Of a stretch of 64,000 nt of DNA, positions 29,029 through 41,673 are shown in pieces (within the stretch, counting starts at the first letter, position 1; every line of letters starts with the position of its first letter). Made by a program: the position numbers and the translations under genes. Below the pieces are notes generated by a model. That model saw only the letters and a list, made by a program, of their open reading frames with translations. It was not told where the DNA came from and made no database searches. Source of the stretch: Polyangiaceae bacterium (GTDB lineage: Bacteria > Myxococcota_A > Polyangia > Polyangiales > Polyangiaceae); the NCBI GenBank assembly GCA_965222375.1, contig CBDCTZ010000014.1, positions 352,001 through 416,000 on the forward strand, given 5' to 3'.

Positions 29029-29564
29029 GCGATTCGGCCATTGCAGATCGCTACGCACGGGCCATCTTCGAGCTTGGCGTCGAAACTGGGCAACTCGAGG
29101 CCCTGAGCAATCAGATTGGCAAGGCTGCCGCGGCCTTTGCCGCGAGCGCCGAGTTGCGCGCCGTGTTGGACAATCCCTTGGTAGCCGAAGACGCGCGAGA
29201 GGCGGTGCTCAAAGACCTATCGATGCGCCTGTCCCTGAACGACCTGGCCACCAACTCCCTGCGCCTAATTGCGCAGCGCCGGCGGCTCAGTGTGTTGTCG
29301 GACATCGCGAAACGACTTGGCACCCTGTCTGACGAAAAGGCCGGGATTGTCCGCGCCACGGTGGTCACCGCGGTGCCCCTTCCGGAAGACGTATACACCC
29401 AACTTCAATCCAAGATCGCGACGCACACCAAGAAGCGTGTCGTGCTCGAGCGCAAGCAAGATCCGACTCTAATCGGCGGGATCGTTACACAGATTGGTGA
29501 CAACACCATCGACGGCAGCATCAAGGGGCGGCTGGACGAGTTGACTCGACAGCTCCTGGCGTGA
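29025..29564 (+). CDS. atpH: F1 ATP synthase subunit delta
   Basis: [38 protein letters not shown]. Confidence 0.97.
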   Translation: MSDSAIADRYARAIFELGVETGQLEALSNQIGKAAAAFAASAELRAVLDNPLVAEDAREAVLKDLSMRLSLNDLATNSLRLIAQRRRLSVLSDIAKRLGTLSDEKAGIVRATVVTAVPLPEDVYTQLQSKIATHTKKRVVLERKQDPTLIGGIVTQIGDNTIDGSIKGRLDELTRQLLA

Positions 29565-29625
29565 CGCCAAAGAACCTCAACCTTCCCGCCAAGGCGGGCC
29601 CAAGCGAATCAGGACGACATCAGCT

Positions 29626-31308
<1,683 letters not shown>

Positions 31309-31320
31309 GCACGACTTAGC

Positions 31321-32232
31321 ATGGCAAATCTAAAAGCCATCCGGAAGCGCATCGGCAGCGTCAAGAGCACGCAGAAGATCACCCGCGCAATGAAAATGGT
31401 TGCGGGTGCTCGCCTGAACCGCGCTCAGCAGCGCATCTTGGAGATGCGCCCCTACGCCGTCAAAACCTCGGACGTGCTTCGGGAGGTGACCGCCGCAGCC
31501 AACCGGCGCATGGAGGAAGACTCCTCGGGCGTCAACACAGACCACCCGCTGTTGGCGCGGCGACCAGAGAAGACCACCCTGCTCTTGGTGATCACAAGTG
31601 ATCGCGGGCTGTGCGGTGCGTTCAATACGAACATCCTGCGCGCCGCGGAGAAGCTCTGGCGCGACCGCGAAGCGGAGGGGCAACAAGTCCAGTTCGCCAT
31701 CATCGGCCGCAAGGGCCGGGACTACTTCCGGCGACGGGACGCTCCGATTCTCCACGTCTTCAGCGGCGTTTGGGAGCAACTGGATCTAGACCAGGCTCGC
31801 AACGTCGCCAAGACGGTGCTCAAGCCCTTCGTGAGCGCCGAGGTGGACGCGATCTACCTAGTCTACAATGAGTTCAAGAGTGCCATGAGCCAGCGCGTCG
31901 TCGCTGAGCCCCTTTTCCCTCTGGCTGTCGAGGAAGCGGAGTCCGATAGGCCTTCACAGGTTGGATTCGAGATGGACTTCATCTTCGAGCCCAACAAGGA
32001 AGGGCTGATGGAGCGCCTGGTCCCAATGTACGTGGAGATCAGCGTTTTGCGTGCACTTTTGGAGTCGATGGCGTCCGAGTTAGGTGCTCGAATGACCGCG
32101 ATGGATTCTGCAACCAAGAATGCATCGGAAATGATCGACAAGCTGACCCTGCAGTACAACCGCGCACGGCAGGCCGCCATCACCACCGAGCTCATGGAGA
32201 TCATCGGTGGCGCTGAGGCTCTCAACGGCTGA
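31321..32232 (+). CDS. atpG: F1 ATP synthase subunit gamma
   Basis: IRKRIGSVKSTQKITRAMKMVA, SDRGLCGAFN, YNRARQAAITTELMEIIGGAEAL. Confidence 0.99.
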   Translation: MANLKAIRKRIGSVKSTQKITRAMKMVAGARLNRAQQRILEMRPYAVKTSDVLREVTAAANRRMEEDSSGVNTDHPLLARRPEKTTLLLVITSDRGLCGAFNTNILRAAEKLWRDREAEGQQVQFAIIGRKGRDYFRRRDAPILHVFSGVWEQLDLDQARNVAKTVLKPFVSAEVDAIYLVYNEFKSAMSQRVVAEPLFPLAVEEAESDRPSQVGFEMDFIFEPNKEGLMERLVPMYVEISVLRALLESMASELGARMTAMDSATKNASEMIDKLTLQYNRARQAAITTELMEIIGGAEALNG

Positions 32233-32338
32233 GCTCCGCGAGTGGAGTGCAGGGGGCGCGGCGCCGAAAACTGGCGCTGCCGCCGGGCAAGTGCAAAACC
32301 TTGGGCCTGTAGGCGTGCCCGGAAAGTAAGAGCAACCC

Positions 32339-34171
32339 ATGTGTGGCATCGTTGGATACGTCGGGTCGCGAGATGCTGCCCCCATCTTGCTCGATGGGCT
32401 GCGCAAGTTGGAGTACCGCGGCTACGACTCGGCGGGGCTTGCCGTTCACGACGGCAAACAGATCGAGATACTGCGCACAGTCGGTAAGCTAGAAAACCTC
32501 GACCGCGCCCTCAACTCCCAGCAACTCCATGGTGCTACCGGGCTGGGGCACACGCGCTGGGCCACCCATGGCCGCCCCAGCGAGCCCAATGCGCATCCTC
32601 ACGCCGCGGGCAGTGTGGCTGTGGTGCACAACGGCATCATCGAAAACCACCTGGAACTCAAGCGCGAGCTGGAAGCGGATGGGGTTCGCTTTTCCAGTGA
32701 CACGGACACGGAGATTGTCGCGCACCTCGTGGACCGCGCCCTGTCCAAGGGTGCGCAAGGGCTGATGCTCGCGGTGCGCGAGGCCCTTGGGAAAGTGCGC
32801 GGCGCTTACGCCTTGGCCGTGATCTGTCGAGATGATCTCACGCGCATTGTAGTTGCGAAGAGCGCGTCTCCTTTGGTCCTGGGCGTGGGCGACGGCGAAA
32901 TGTTGTGTGGTAGCGACATTCCGGCGCTGCTTGGTCACACCAAGCGCATGCTCTTTCTCGAAGACGGTGAGATGGCGGAGTTGACCGCCGACTCGTATCA
33001 CATCGAGACCATCGCCGGCGAGGCGGTGAAACGCCAGCCAAAGACCATCAACTGGACGCCCACCCAGGCGGAAAAAGGCGGCTACAAACACTTCATGCTC
33101 AAGGAGATCTTCGAGCAACCCCGAGCAGTGGAGGACACGCTGCGGGGTCGGATCTCGATCGAAGACGCCGCGGTCATCGAGGCGGAGTTAGGCATCGAAC
33201 ACAGCGCACTAGAAGAGGTCAGTCGGGTCCTCTTGCTGGCCTGCGGTACCAGCTTTCACGCCTCCCTGGTGGGGCGCTACTGGATCGAGCAGTTGGCGCG
33301 CTTGCCCGCGCACGCCGAGCTAGCCAGCGAAGTGCGCTACCGCGAGCCCGTTCTCGGGCCCCGAGACCTTGTGATTGCCGTGAGCCAATCCGGGGAAACG
33401 GCAGACACCCTGGCTGCAGTGCGCTCGGCTCGTGAGGCGGGCGCCCACGTGTTGAGCATTGCCAACGTTTTGGACAGCGCAATTCCACGAGTTTCCCACG
33501 GCACGCTGTATACCCACGCGGGGCCCGAGATTGGCGTGGCATCGACCAAGTGCTTCACCACTCAGTTGGTGGCGCTATTGTTGATTGCGGTGCATTTGGG
33601 CCGAACTCGGGGCAGGCTGTCGGAGCAGCGAGCGCGGGGCACGTTGCAGGCGCTGCTAGAGCTTCCGAATCACATGCGGGCAGCGCTTGCTCGGGATGAA
33701 GAAGCGGTCGAGGTGGCTCGCAGCTTTCAGCACACCGCCCACATGCTGTTTCTGGGTCGCGGTCTCGGTTTCCCGATTGCGCTCGAGGGCGCGCTGAAGC
33801 TCAAGGAGGTTTCGTATGCGCACGCGGAGGGCTACGCCGCGGGAGAAATGAAGCACGGCCCGATCGCGCTCATCGATTCAGACATGCCGGTGGTGGTAGT
33901 CATGCCGCGAGATGCGCAGTACGAGAAGACGTTGTCGAACGTGCAGGAAGTCATCGCCCGGGACGGACAAGTGATCGCCGTGGTCACGGAGGGCGACCAA
34001 GAAGCGACGCAGATAGCTCAACACACCATGGCTCTGCCCGCGGTGCCGGACGTCATCCTGCCCATGGTCAGCGTGCTGCCCCTGCAGCTGCTGGCGTATC
34101 ACGTCGCGGATCTCAAGGGCACGGATGTGGATCAGCCTCGCAACCTGGCCAAGACCGTCACGGTTGAATGA
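32339..34171 (+). CDS. glmS: Glutamine--fructose-6-phosphate aminotransferase
   Basis: MCGIVGY, LEYRGYDSAG, GHTRWATHG, SQSGETADT, EGALKLKE, QPRNLAKTVTVE. Confidence 0.99.
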   Translation: MCGIVGYVGSRDAAPILLDGLRKLEYRGYDSAGLAVHDGKQIEILRTVGKLENLDRALNSQQLHGATGLGHTRWATHGRPSEPNAHPHAAGSVAVVHNGIIENHLELKRELEADGVRFSSDTDTEIVAHLVDRALSKGAQGLMLAVREALGKVRGAYALAVICRDDLTRIVVAKSASPLVLGVGDGEMLCGSDIPALLGHTKRMLFLEDGEMAELTADSYHIETIAGEAVKRQPKTINWTPTQAEKGGYKHFMLKEIFEQPRAVEDTLRGRISIEDAAVIEAELGIEHSALEEVSRVLLLACGTSFHASLVGRYWIEQLARLPAHAELASEVRYREPVLGPRDLVIAVSQSGETADTLAAVRSAREAGAHVLSIANVLDSAIPRVSHGTLYTHAGPEIGVASTKCFTTQLVALLLIAVHLGRTRGRLSEQRARGTLQALLELPNHMRAALARDEEAVEVARSFQHTAHMLFLGRGLGFPIALEGALKLKEVSYAHAEGYAAGEMKHGPIALIDSDMPVVVVMPRDAQYEKTLSNVQEVIARDGQVIAVVTEGDQEATQIAQHTMALPAVPDVILPMVSVLPLQLLAYHVADLKGTDVDQPRNLAKTVTVE

Positions 34172-34291
34172 GCGCGCAAGGAACGCGCGAAAATAGTTAA
34201 CAATTATGAGTGCTTAAGCCAAAAAGGGAACATCCGCCCTGCTGCCTCGAATCCGTGCTATTCGGCGCCGCGAGTCGTTGGTGAGCGAAGC

Positions 34292-35482
34292 ATGGCGAAC
34301 GGAGAGCCCCAATCGGTCCCCCCGCCGCGTCCGAAGCGCGGCGGCTCGGCGGCGCCGTCGCGTGCTTGGGTTTCCGGCCTATTCGTAGTTGCCTATCTCT
34401 TCTTCTTCTTGGTTGGCATCCGTGGCTTGGGGCAGGGCTTTCACGGTCTTGGCGCCGACCTGTTGGACAAGTTTTTTCACGCCACTGACAACCCATTCAC
34501 GGGTCTCGTCATCGGCATCTTGGGGACCACGTTAGTCCAAAGTTCATCAGTCACCACCTCCATGGTTGTCGCCATGGTGGCTGCGCCGGAGCATGCGCTT
34601 CCAATTCAAAACGCCGTTCCAATCATCATGGGCGCAAATATCGGCACCACGGTGACCAACAGCGTTGTCTCTCTTGGACATCTGTCTCGCCCCGACGAGT
34701 TTCGTCGCGCTTTCTCCACTGCCACCTGCCACGACTTCTTCAACTTCATCGTGGTGAGCACCCTGTTGCCGTTGGAGCTGATGACGGGCTTCTTGACGAA
34801 GAGCAGTGCCGCTCTCACCAGCGTGTTGGGGCTGACGGGTGGAGGCAGCAAGCTGCCGAACCCGATCAAGACGGCGACCAAAGCCGCTGTGGCGCCGATT
34901 CAGGATGGGATTGGAGCCCTCGTCACGGCGCCGCGGGCTGCGGCGGTGGTGCTGATCATCGTATCCGGCGTGGTGATCTTCACGGCGCTGTTCCTCATCG
35001 TGCGTACGCTTCGGAATCTGGCCGCGGGGAGGCTACAGAACTACATCGCCCGGTCCTTGGACTCGAGCGCCTGGGTTGGCCTGTTGGTTGGGGTGGTGGT
35101 GACTGTGATGGTGCAGTCAAGCAGCATCACGACTAGCGTGCTGGTGCCTCTTGCCGGCGCTGGGATCATCACTTTGCGCCAGGCATTTCCGATCACACTA
35201 GGTGCGAATATCGGGACCACGTTCACGGCTCTCATCGCCAGTACGGCTGGCGCTGCCGAAACGGCTCATCTCGGCGTGCAGATCGCACTGGTACACCTTC
35301 TGTTCAACCTGACGGGGACGTTGATGGTTTACCCGTTCCAATTCACTCGGCGTATCCCTTTGCGCCTTGCGGAGTGGCTTGGAGACGTCGCTGTGCGTTC
35401 TCGAAAAGCGGCGCTAGTGTATGTCGTTGGGATGTTCTACGGACTACCGGCGCTGCTGGTCTTCGTTTCCAGGTACTTCTAG
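34292..35482 (+). CDS. Na+/phosphate cotransporter (NptA/SLC34 family)
   Basis: Duplicated VQSSS...GANIGTT motifs and multiple TM helices. Confidence 0.95.
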   Translation: MANGEPQSVPPPRPKRGGSAAPSRAWVSGLFVVAYLFFFLVGIRGLGQGFHGLGADLLDKFFHATDNPFTGLVIGILGTTLVQSSSVTTSMVVAMVAAPEHALPIQNAVPIIMGANIGTTVTNSVVSLGHLSRPDEFRRAFSTATCHDFFNFIVVSTLLPLELMTGFLTKSSAALTSVLGLTGGGSKLPNPIKTATKAAVAPIQDGIGALVTAPRAAAVVLIIVSGVVIFTALFLIVRTLRNLAAGRLQNYIARSLDSSAWVGLLVGVVVTVMVQSSSITTSVLVPLAGAGIITLRQAFPITLGANIGTTFTALIASTAGAAETAHLGVQIALVHLLFNLTGTLMVYPFQFTRRIPLRLAEWLGDVAVRSRKAALVYVVGMFYGLPALLVFVSRYF

Positions 35483-35497
35483 GTAGGGGCAAACGCA

Positions 35498-36172
35498 GTG
35501 CTACAAGAAATTCTGAACATTTTTCGAGGCAAGCACCCGCAGGAACACGCGACGCGGGGATTCGAGAAGATGCTCGACCTCTCTCGCGAGATGATTCTCG
35601 AGGCGTGCGAGGTGTACTGGGGCCGCGAGTTTTCGCCCGAGCAACGCACCCGCCTCTACGACAAGGACGTACAGCTGAACAAACTCCAACGCACCGTGCG
35701 CAAACACGTAGTGACTCAGCTTTCGGGTCCCGTGCCGTCGAATGTGCCTTGGGGACTGCTGCTCATGAGCCTGGTAAAGGATGTCGAACGCATCGGGGAC
35801 TATGCGAAGAACCTCACCGAGCTGTCGATCTGGTGCCCCAGCGCGTTGCCCGATGACGAGATCTCCGGCGAGCTTCGAGAAATCACCAAGGCGGTTACCT
35901 CCCTAGCCAACGAAGCTCCCGACGTGTTTCGCAACTCCGATGGTGAGCGCGCGCGGGAGCTGGTTGTCGAGGGGCGAAGCCTGTCACGACGCTGCGACGA
36001 GCTATTGAGAAAGATTGCAAAGAGCGACTACAACGCCGAAGTCGCCACAAAGATGGCGGTGGGTGCGCGATTTCTAAAGCGTGTCGAGGGGCATTGGCTC
36101 AACCTCTTGACGGCAGTGATCATGCCGCTGCACAAGCTCGACTACTACGACGAGTCTGCCCTTTCAGGCTGA
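35498..36172 (+). CDS. PhoU-domain protein
   Basis: Helical; DVQLNKLQRTVR...KDVERIGDYAKNL PhoU motif; directly downstream of the Na/Pi transporter. Confidence 0.88.
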   Translation: MLQEILNIFRGKHPQEHATRGFEKMLDLSREMILEACEVYWGREFSPEQRTRLYDKDVQLNKLQRTVRKHVVTQLSGPVPSNVPWGLLLMSLVKDVERIGDYAKNLTELSIWCPSALPDDEISGELREITKAVTSLANEAPDVFRNSDGERARELVVEGRSLSRRCDELLRKIAKSDYNAEVATKMAVGARFLKRVEGHWLNLLTAVIMPLHKLDYYDESALSG

Positions 36173-36235
36173 GGAGGCGCAGGGGCTAGCCTCGTGCTTG
36201 ACGGCGCGCGGTGGATCTTGCTCTTCTAATACGCC

Positions 36236-36991
36236 ATGCACCGACACTGGATCCTGTTGATCGGGCTCGTTTCCTGCGGGGGAGCCAAGCCCGCCGCTGC
36301 ACCGGCTGCGAGTGCACCGGGCGAGACCGAGGCCGCGGACAGCGCGCAACAGCCCGAACCCGAGGGCGATGCCTCTGCCGACGCGGAGGAAGTAGCTCCT
36401 GCCACTCTGCCCAAGAAGTGCGCCAAGCAGGACGGTGACAAGTGTCTGCCCGACGGCAGGTTCGTAACCAAGCTGTGCCAGGGCAACTTCCCGAGCGTGG
36501 CCCTGGCCATGTTTCAGAAGTCGATGCCCTGGACGCGAGGCTATTTGACCCGCAAGACCAAGGCTTGGAACGCCTCCGGCGGGGCTTCCGATACCGGCGA
36601 ACTAGCGTTCGATGAAGAGGTGCTGGTGCTTCGTCACCGCTCGGCGGACATGGGAGGCATGCAGGTCAGCGGCGCGGGGGGCGGCTACGACGCTCTCCGT
36701 TGGAACGGTTCCTGCGTGACCTTGGCTGCCGAAGAGCTGACCCTGAAGCTGCCGCCCAAAGCGAAGCATTCCAAGGTGGAGTGGCGGTTTTTGGACGACA
36801 ACACCCAAGAAGCCCTGCGCAACGACGAGAAAGTGGACGCCGCCTACAAGGCGCGCCGGAAAGAGTGCAAGGGCGCGACCATGGGCACGGTGAGCTTGAA
36901 ATGCGTGAAAGCCGACGCCAAGCTCAGCAATGTCATCGTCAAGTACGTTCGTGACGGCGGTGCCGTTCCTGATCCGGAGAAGTTACCCTGA
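36236..36991 (+). CDS. Cys-containing hypothetical lipoprotein
   Basis: LVSC lipobox, Ala/Glu-rich linker, six further Cys. Confidence 0.7.
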   Translation: MHRHWILLIGLVSCGGAKPAAAPAASAPGETEAADSAQQPEPEGDASADAEEVAPATLPKKCAKQDGDKCLPDGRFVTKLCQGNFPSVALAMFQKSMPWTRGYLTRKTKAWNASGGASDTGELAFDEEVLVLRHRSADMGGMQVSGAGGGYDALRWNGSCVTLAAEELTLKLPPKAKHSKVEWRFLDDNTQEALRNDEKVDAAYKARRKECKGATMGTVSLKCVKADAKLSNVIVKYVRDGGAVPDPEKLP

Positions 36992-37323
36992 TGTTGACGG
37001 AGTTCCTCCAGCTGGCGTCGACGGAGCTAGGCAAACGCGTCGTTCAGACCGTAAGCGAGGTGTCCGCTGACGAGGCCAAGAGCACTCTCAAAGCCTTGGC
37101 GCGCACAGGCGTGGGCGGGGCCTCAGTGGTTCCCGGTGCTGGGGTCTTTGTCGCGGGCGTGGTGCTCGGGGCGAGCCTCGGCGTGCTATTCGCGCCCCGT
37201 TCAGGTCGAGAAACCCGTCGCGTGCTGAAAGGCACGCTCCAGCGACTCAGCGGGCGAGTTCGCCCGGCCCGCTCGAAAGAAGTCGAAGTCGTCGAGCGTG
37301 TAGTCGTTTCCGAGCGCAGCTGA
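36991..37323 (+). CDS. YtxH-domain protein
   Basis: FVAGVVLGASLGVLFAPRSGRETR motif. Confidence 0.8.
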   Translation: MLTEFLQLASTELGKRVVQTVSEVSADEAKSTLKALARTGVGGASVVPGAGVFVAGVVLGASLGVLFAPRSGRETRRVLKGTLQRLSGRVRPARSKEVEVVERVVVSERS

Positions 37324-37397
37324 AGCGGCATGGTTCCGCGTCCATCGCCCGCGGAATTCGGCTATGGTCGGCGCCCCCGAAAAGGGGAGGAGGTTCC

Positions 37398-38165
37398 ATG
37401 GATCCGAAAGACCGTGTTGCAATCATCACCGGGGGAGCATCTGGACTCGGCGCTGCGACCGCACGCGCCTTCGTGCAGCGGGGTGGGCGTGTCGTGCTTG
37501 CCGACAAAGCCAAGGAGCCCGGGGAAGCACTGGCCAAGGAGCTCGGAGATGCCGCGCGCTTTGTCGAAGCAGATGTAACCAGCGAAGACGCCCTCAACGG
37601 CGCGCTGGACGTCGCGGAAAAGGACCTCGGTGGAGTGCATGTCGCGGTGGGTTGCGCCGGCATTGGAACCGCGGGTCGCTTGGTCGGCAAGCATGGACCG
37701 TTTCCTTTGGATCTCTTCACACTCACCATTCAGGTGAACCTGATCGGCATGTTCAACCTGCTTCGCTTGGGCGCCGCTCGCATGATGCAGAACGAACCGA
37801 ACCCGCAAGGTGAGCGTGGCGTGATGATCACCACTGCGTCGATCGCTGCCTTCGACGGGCAAATCGGTCAGGTCGCGTACAGCGCTTCCAAAGCAGGCGT
37901 GGTGGGAATGACCCTTCCTATTGCCCGGGAGCTGGCCAAGTTCGGTATCCGAGTGACGACGATTGCCCCTGGTCTCTTCGATACGCCCATGATGGCGGGG
38001 TTGCCTGCGGAAGCGCGGACTTCTCTGGAAGCAACCGTGCCCTTCCCGCCTCGACTCGGAGACCCGGCCGAGTTTGCCCAACTCAGCTTGAACATCGTGG
38101 AAAACCCCATGCTCAACGGAGAAACCATCCGGCTGGATGGTGCCCTGCGCATGGCGCCGCGCTGA
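37398..38165 (+). CDS. 3-hydroxyacyl-CoA dehydrogenase type II (SDR family)
   Basis: ITGGASGLG, TASIAAFDGQIGQVAYSASK, TIAPGLFDTP, NPMLNGETIRLDGALRM. Confidence 0.95.
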   Translation: MDPKDRVAIITGGASGLGAATARAFVQRGGRVVLADKAKEPGEALAKELGDAARFVEADVTSEDALNGALDVAEKDLGGVHVAVGCAGIGTAGRLVGKHGPFPLDLFTLTIQVNLIGMFNLLRLGAARMMQNEPNPQGERGVMITTASIAAFDGQIGQVAYSASKAGVVGMTLPIARELAKFGIRVTTIAPGLFDTPMMAGLPAEARTSLEATVPFPPRLGDPAEFAQLSLNIVENPMLNGETIRLDGALRMAPR

Positions 38166-38278
38166 ACCCCGCGGAAACCGCTGCAGTTCCATGTCAAGCA
38201 TGGGTTGCCCTGGCGCACGCCCACGGCGCCCGGGTCCCACGCCGCAGTCGTGTGGTGATCGTTCGAGCCCCGTGATGA

Positions 38279-39628
38279 TTAGCGCATGGTGACGAGTTCT
38301 TCGGCGGCCGTTGGGTGGATGGCTACCGTGCGGTCGAAATCGGCTTTGGTCGCACCCATCCTGAGGGCCACAGCGAAGCCTTGAATCATCTCGTCTGCGC
38401 CGAGCCCAATCACGTGGATGCCGGCAATCTTCTCGTGCGGGCCGATGGTAACCAGTTTCATGGCGGTCTTTGGTTTGTGCTCTGTGAGCGCATGAAACAT
38501 GTTCGTGAACGTAGTCGTATAGACTTTCACATCGTCGCGACCATAGAGCTCATGTGCTTCATCTTCGGTTAGGCCTACGGTTCCGATGGGTGGGTGGCTA
38601 AAGACGACGCTGGCGATACAGTCGTAGTCCAGCTTGCTATCCGGATTATTGCCGAAAACGCGATCCGCCAGACGGCGCCCCGCGGCAATCGCGACCGGCG
38701 TGAGCTGAGCACGGCCAGTCACGTCCCCCACCGCATAAACCTGCGCCGCGCTCGTGTTCTGAAAGTCATCCACCACGACCTGCCCGAGGGAGTCCACCTC
38801 CACGCCGGCAGCCTGCAACCCCAGGGCTGGCGTTGCAGGGGAGCGTCCGATGGCCCAAAGCAGTCCATCGAAACCCGGATGCTGCGTACCGTCCTGACTG
38901 ATCAGGTTCAGCTTCGAGTCCGCGCCCCGCTCGACCCGAGCGAGATGGATGCAAGAGACGATACCGACTCCTGCGGCGGACATCTCTTCCATCAAGGTTT
39001 CCCGCAGTAGGGAGTCGAAGCTGCGAAGCAGTTGTTCCTTTCGCAACAGCAGGGTTACCTGGCTACCCAGCGCATTGAGCACCCCGGCGATTTCGACCGC
39101 TATGTAGCCAGCGCCAACGACGGCAACATGCGCGGGGCGCCGTTCGAGTTCGAAAAAACCGTCCGACGTGAAGCCGTGCTCGGCCCCGGGAAGTTTCGGG
39201 ATCTTCGGTGCGCCACCGACGGCAATCACGACGTGCTCGGCCTCGATGCGCTTGCCATCCACTTCTACCGCCCGGGGGTCGCAGAAGCGAGCGATGCCTT
39301 GAATGTGTTCCACCTCTGACACGCCCAGGTTGCGTGCGTAGATCTGGTTGAGCCGAGCGACGTAGGCGTCCCGACGCAGCTTGAAGCTACCCCAGTCGAA
39401 ACTTCCAGGCGCGACATCGAAACCGTACTCTCGGGCTGCGACGACCGATTCCGAGAGAACCGCAGCGTTCCACATGATCTTCTTGGGCACGCAACCGACG
39501 TTGACGCAGGTACCGCCCAAGCGGCCTTTCTCGATCAAGCAGACTCTTGCGCCGTGCTGGGCCGCGCGCCGCGCGGCCGCGATCCCGCCACTGCCTCCTC
39601 CGATCACCAACAGGTCGTAATGCTGCAT
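38279..39628 (-). CDS. gor: Glutathione-disulfide reductase
   Basis: [55 protein letters not shown]. Confidence 0.96.
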   Translation of the reverse strand: MQHYDLLVIGGGSGGIAAARRAAQHGARVCLIEKGRLGGTCVNVGCVPKKIMWNAAVLSESVVAAREYGFDVAPGSFDWGSFKLRRDAYVARLNQIYARNLGVSEVEHIQGIARFCDPRAVEVDGKRIEAEHVVIAVGGAPKIPKLPGAEHGFTSDGFFELERRPAHVAVVGAGYIAVEIAGVLNALGSQVTLLLRKEQLLRSFDSLLRETLMEEMSAAGVGIVSCIHLARVERGADSKLNLISQDGTQHPGFDGLLWAIGRSPATPALGLQAAGVEVDSLGQVVVDDFQNTSAAQVYAVGDVTGRAQLTPVAIAAGRRLADRVFGNNPDSKLDYDCIASVVFSHPPIGTVGLTEDEAHELYGRDDVKVYTTTFTNMFHALTEHKPKTAMKLVTIGPHEKIAGIHVIGLGADEMIQGFAVALRMGATKADFDRTVAIHPTAAEELVTMR

Positions 39629-39674
39629 GCTGGGCAGTGTAGGTAAACTAGGGAGCGTCAGGTGTATCAGTATA

Positions 39675-39695
39675 GGGTAGGTGCAACACCTACCC
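39675..39695. promoter_or_regulatory. Perfect hairpin gggtaggtg-caa-cacctaccc between the receiver gene and gor (terminator or operator)
   Basis: 9-bp stem, 3-nt loop in the intergenic gap; no clear U-tract on the minus strand. Confidence 0.4.
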
Positions 39696-39722
39696 GGTTT
39701 CTGGACGGCAGCGAGGTCAGCC

Positions 39723-40088
39723 TCATAGATTTCTCCGAGTGATCTCGGCGAGGACTTCGCGGATTTCCATCCGGCCGAAGGGTTTCACCAATAGTGGGCG
39801 GGCAACGAGGCCCTGGGCCCGCCTCGCGACCGGGGTCGCTGGCGTTCCGGTCATGAATACGGTTTGGGCGCATAGGGCAGGGCGGTGGGTAGCCATCCAG
39901 TCGAACAGGTCCGTGCCCGAAAGACCCGGCAGCGTCAGGTCGCTGATTACTGCGTCAAAATGCCAGTTTCGAGCCAGCACTAGAATCGCGTCTTCGACGC
40001 TGGTGCAACGCTCCACCCCGTGGGGGCTCAAGACTCGTTCCAGGGCGGCGCCGATCAGGGGCTCGTCATCGACGACCAGGAAGCGCAT
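39723..40088 (-). CDS. Single-domain response regulator (receiver only)
   Basis: [35 protein letters not shown] at 40088. Confidence 0.88.
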   Translation of the reverse strand: MRFLVVDDEPLIGAALERVLSPHGVERCTSVEDAILVLARNWHFDAVISDLTLPGLSGTDLFDWMATHRPALCAQTVFMTGTPATPVARRAQGLVARPLLVKPFGRMEIREVLAEITRRNL

Positions 40089-40325
40089 TCGCGGTTCTTT
40101 CACGCGCCTGTGTCCGTAGTCCGATTGTTCATGCGGTGTCGCCTGGCTGAACTGCCAGGTCGGATGTTTGCCCTTCGTTTCCGCGAAATTGTAGCCGGAG
40201 TGGCGATGAGCAGGCACTCGCCCTCGTTCCGGCACCCTGTCACCCGCGCCAGTTGTGCGCTCAAGGTGCGCGGACGAAGGTCGTTCTCGAGGGTGAGGGG
40301 GACCGTTGCCTACAGACCGACCCAC

Positions 40326-41186
40326 ATGACCAAATCGCGTGCTCCGCGCAAGCCTGCGCTCCAGCTCGGGCGAGATAAAGACAGCTCAGACGGTCCGCGC
40401 ATGCTAATTGACGGTGCTGGGCAACTGCGTTCGACAGCCGGGGGATTCGTCGAGCTACTGGAAGCCCACGGCGCTACGACGCAATTGGCGCACTCGGCAT
40501 TGAAGCGTCGGTTCCAGGACGTGCGCGCGGCGATCGCGGCGGCGCAGGACGGCAAGCCAGCCTTGGTGTCTTTCAGCATGCGTCGGGCGCCCAAACGGCA
40601 ACTCACGTTCAGTGTCCACCCAAAGCGCCCCGGAGCGGTCTTGAAGCTGGAGCGCCTAGCCGTCGGTGCGCCCATGACCCGCCAGCTGGGCTACGAAGTG
40701 ACGTCCACGCGGCGCGACTTTGGCCGCTTGCTCGCGGTGTACAATAACGGCACACGGCTCCCCACCCTGGGCGTGTGTTGCTACGAGCAGTTCGCGGGTT
40801 CGGACACCCCATGCGGCGGTTGCCCGGTGCAGGAGCTTCGCGGGGGCAGCGCGCAAGCCGCGGGAGTATTGCACGGCCTTTCCTTGCCCCAGTGGGTCGC
40901 TCACGCTCAACGGATTTCGCGATCTGTCGCGCTCGTGCGAGGAGTGCCCTTGGAGGACCCTCACGTCAGCCGCGTCGTGCGCGGGAGAATCGAACGAGCC
41001 GTGGACAAGGCGCGGCTCTCGTCTCGAGAGCAGAGTGTGTTGGATCTGTTGCTGTTGGGCCGAAGTCTGGACCAGATTGCGGCTCTGCTCGGCATTACTC
41101 CGCGCACGGTCCGCTTTCATGTTGGAAATATCCTGACCAAGTTTGGCGCAGACTCTCGCGCAGATCTTGTTCGCCTGTTGTTGTGA
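40326..41186 (+). CDS. LuxR-family HTH transcriptional regulator with Cys-rich PAS-like region
   Basis: LSSREQSVLDLLLLG...IAALLGITPRTVRFHVGNILTKFG; internal CCYEQFAGSDTPCGGCP; start uncertain. Confidence 0.85.
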   Translation: MTKSRAPRKPALQLGRDKDSSDGPRMLIDGAGQLRSTAGGFVELLEAHGATTQLAHSALKRRFQDVRAAIAAAQDGKPALVSFSMRRAPKRQLTFSVHPKRPGAVLKLERLAVGAPMTRQLGYEVTSTRRDFGRLLAVYNNGTRLPTLGVCCYEQFAGSDTPCGGCPVQELRGGSAQAAGVLHGLSLPQWVAHAQRISRSVALVRGVPLEDPHVSRVVRGRIERAVDKARLSSREQSVLDLLLLGRSLDQIAALLGITPRTVRFHVGNILTKFGADSRADLVRLLL

Positions 41187-41274
41187 CACCGGCCCATTTG
41201 TTGCAGAAATGGCCATTTCCTCGGCTGGCGCCAGAGGAGACGCCCCGCGCGTTCGATGCAAAACTAGCGCTGGC

Positions 41275-41673
41275 ATGACGACGCCACCAACGAGCCCCCC
41301 GAGCGTGGACTATCTTCGCAGGGATGCGAGCCTGCGCATGCTTGCATTTGGGATCGCATTCTTGGTGCTCGCCGGCAGCCTGTTCGTGTCGTTTTGGGTG
41401 ACTCCGGAAAGCCTGGACTCCGGCGCGATCGCGCTTTGGCCCACGTGCTTGTTCCGCCGAGTATTCGGCATGCCATGCCCAACCTGCGGTCTGACGAGGG
41501 CATTTGCTGCGATCAGCCACGGGCAGCTGGATGATGCGCTAAGATTCCACGCCGCGGCACTATGGATCTACACCGCCTTCTGGCTCGGTGCGGTGGCGTC
41601 TTGCGTGGCGTTGTTCCGCGCAGCCTGGGAGCGCTACGGGCGCTTGCGGAAGACAGCACCGAGATCCCACTGA
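41275..41673 (+). CDS. DUF2752-family membrane protein
   Basis: CLFRRVFGMPCPTCGLTRAF..I.HG...ALRFH motif. Confidence 0.88.
   Translation: MTTPPTSPPSVDYLRRDASLRMLAFGIAFLVLAGSLFVSFWVTPESLDSGAIALWPTCLFRRVFGMPCPTCGLTRAFAAISHGQLDDALRFHAAALWIYTAFWLGAVASCVALFRAAWERYGRLRKTAPRSH

Noticed and set aside
32233..32338. glmS ribozyme
   Set aside because: Gap is only 106 bp and I could not recognise the conserved ribozyme core.
34190..34230. Pho box upstream of the Na/Pi transporter-phoU pair
   Set aside because: AT-rich patch present, but no convincing 11-bp-period CTGTCAT-type repeat.
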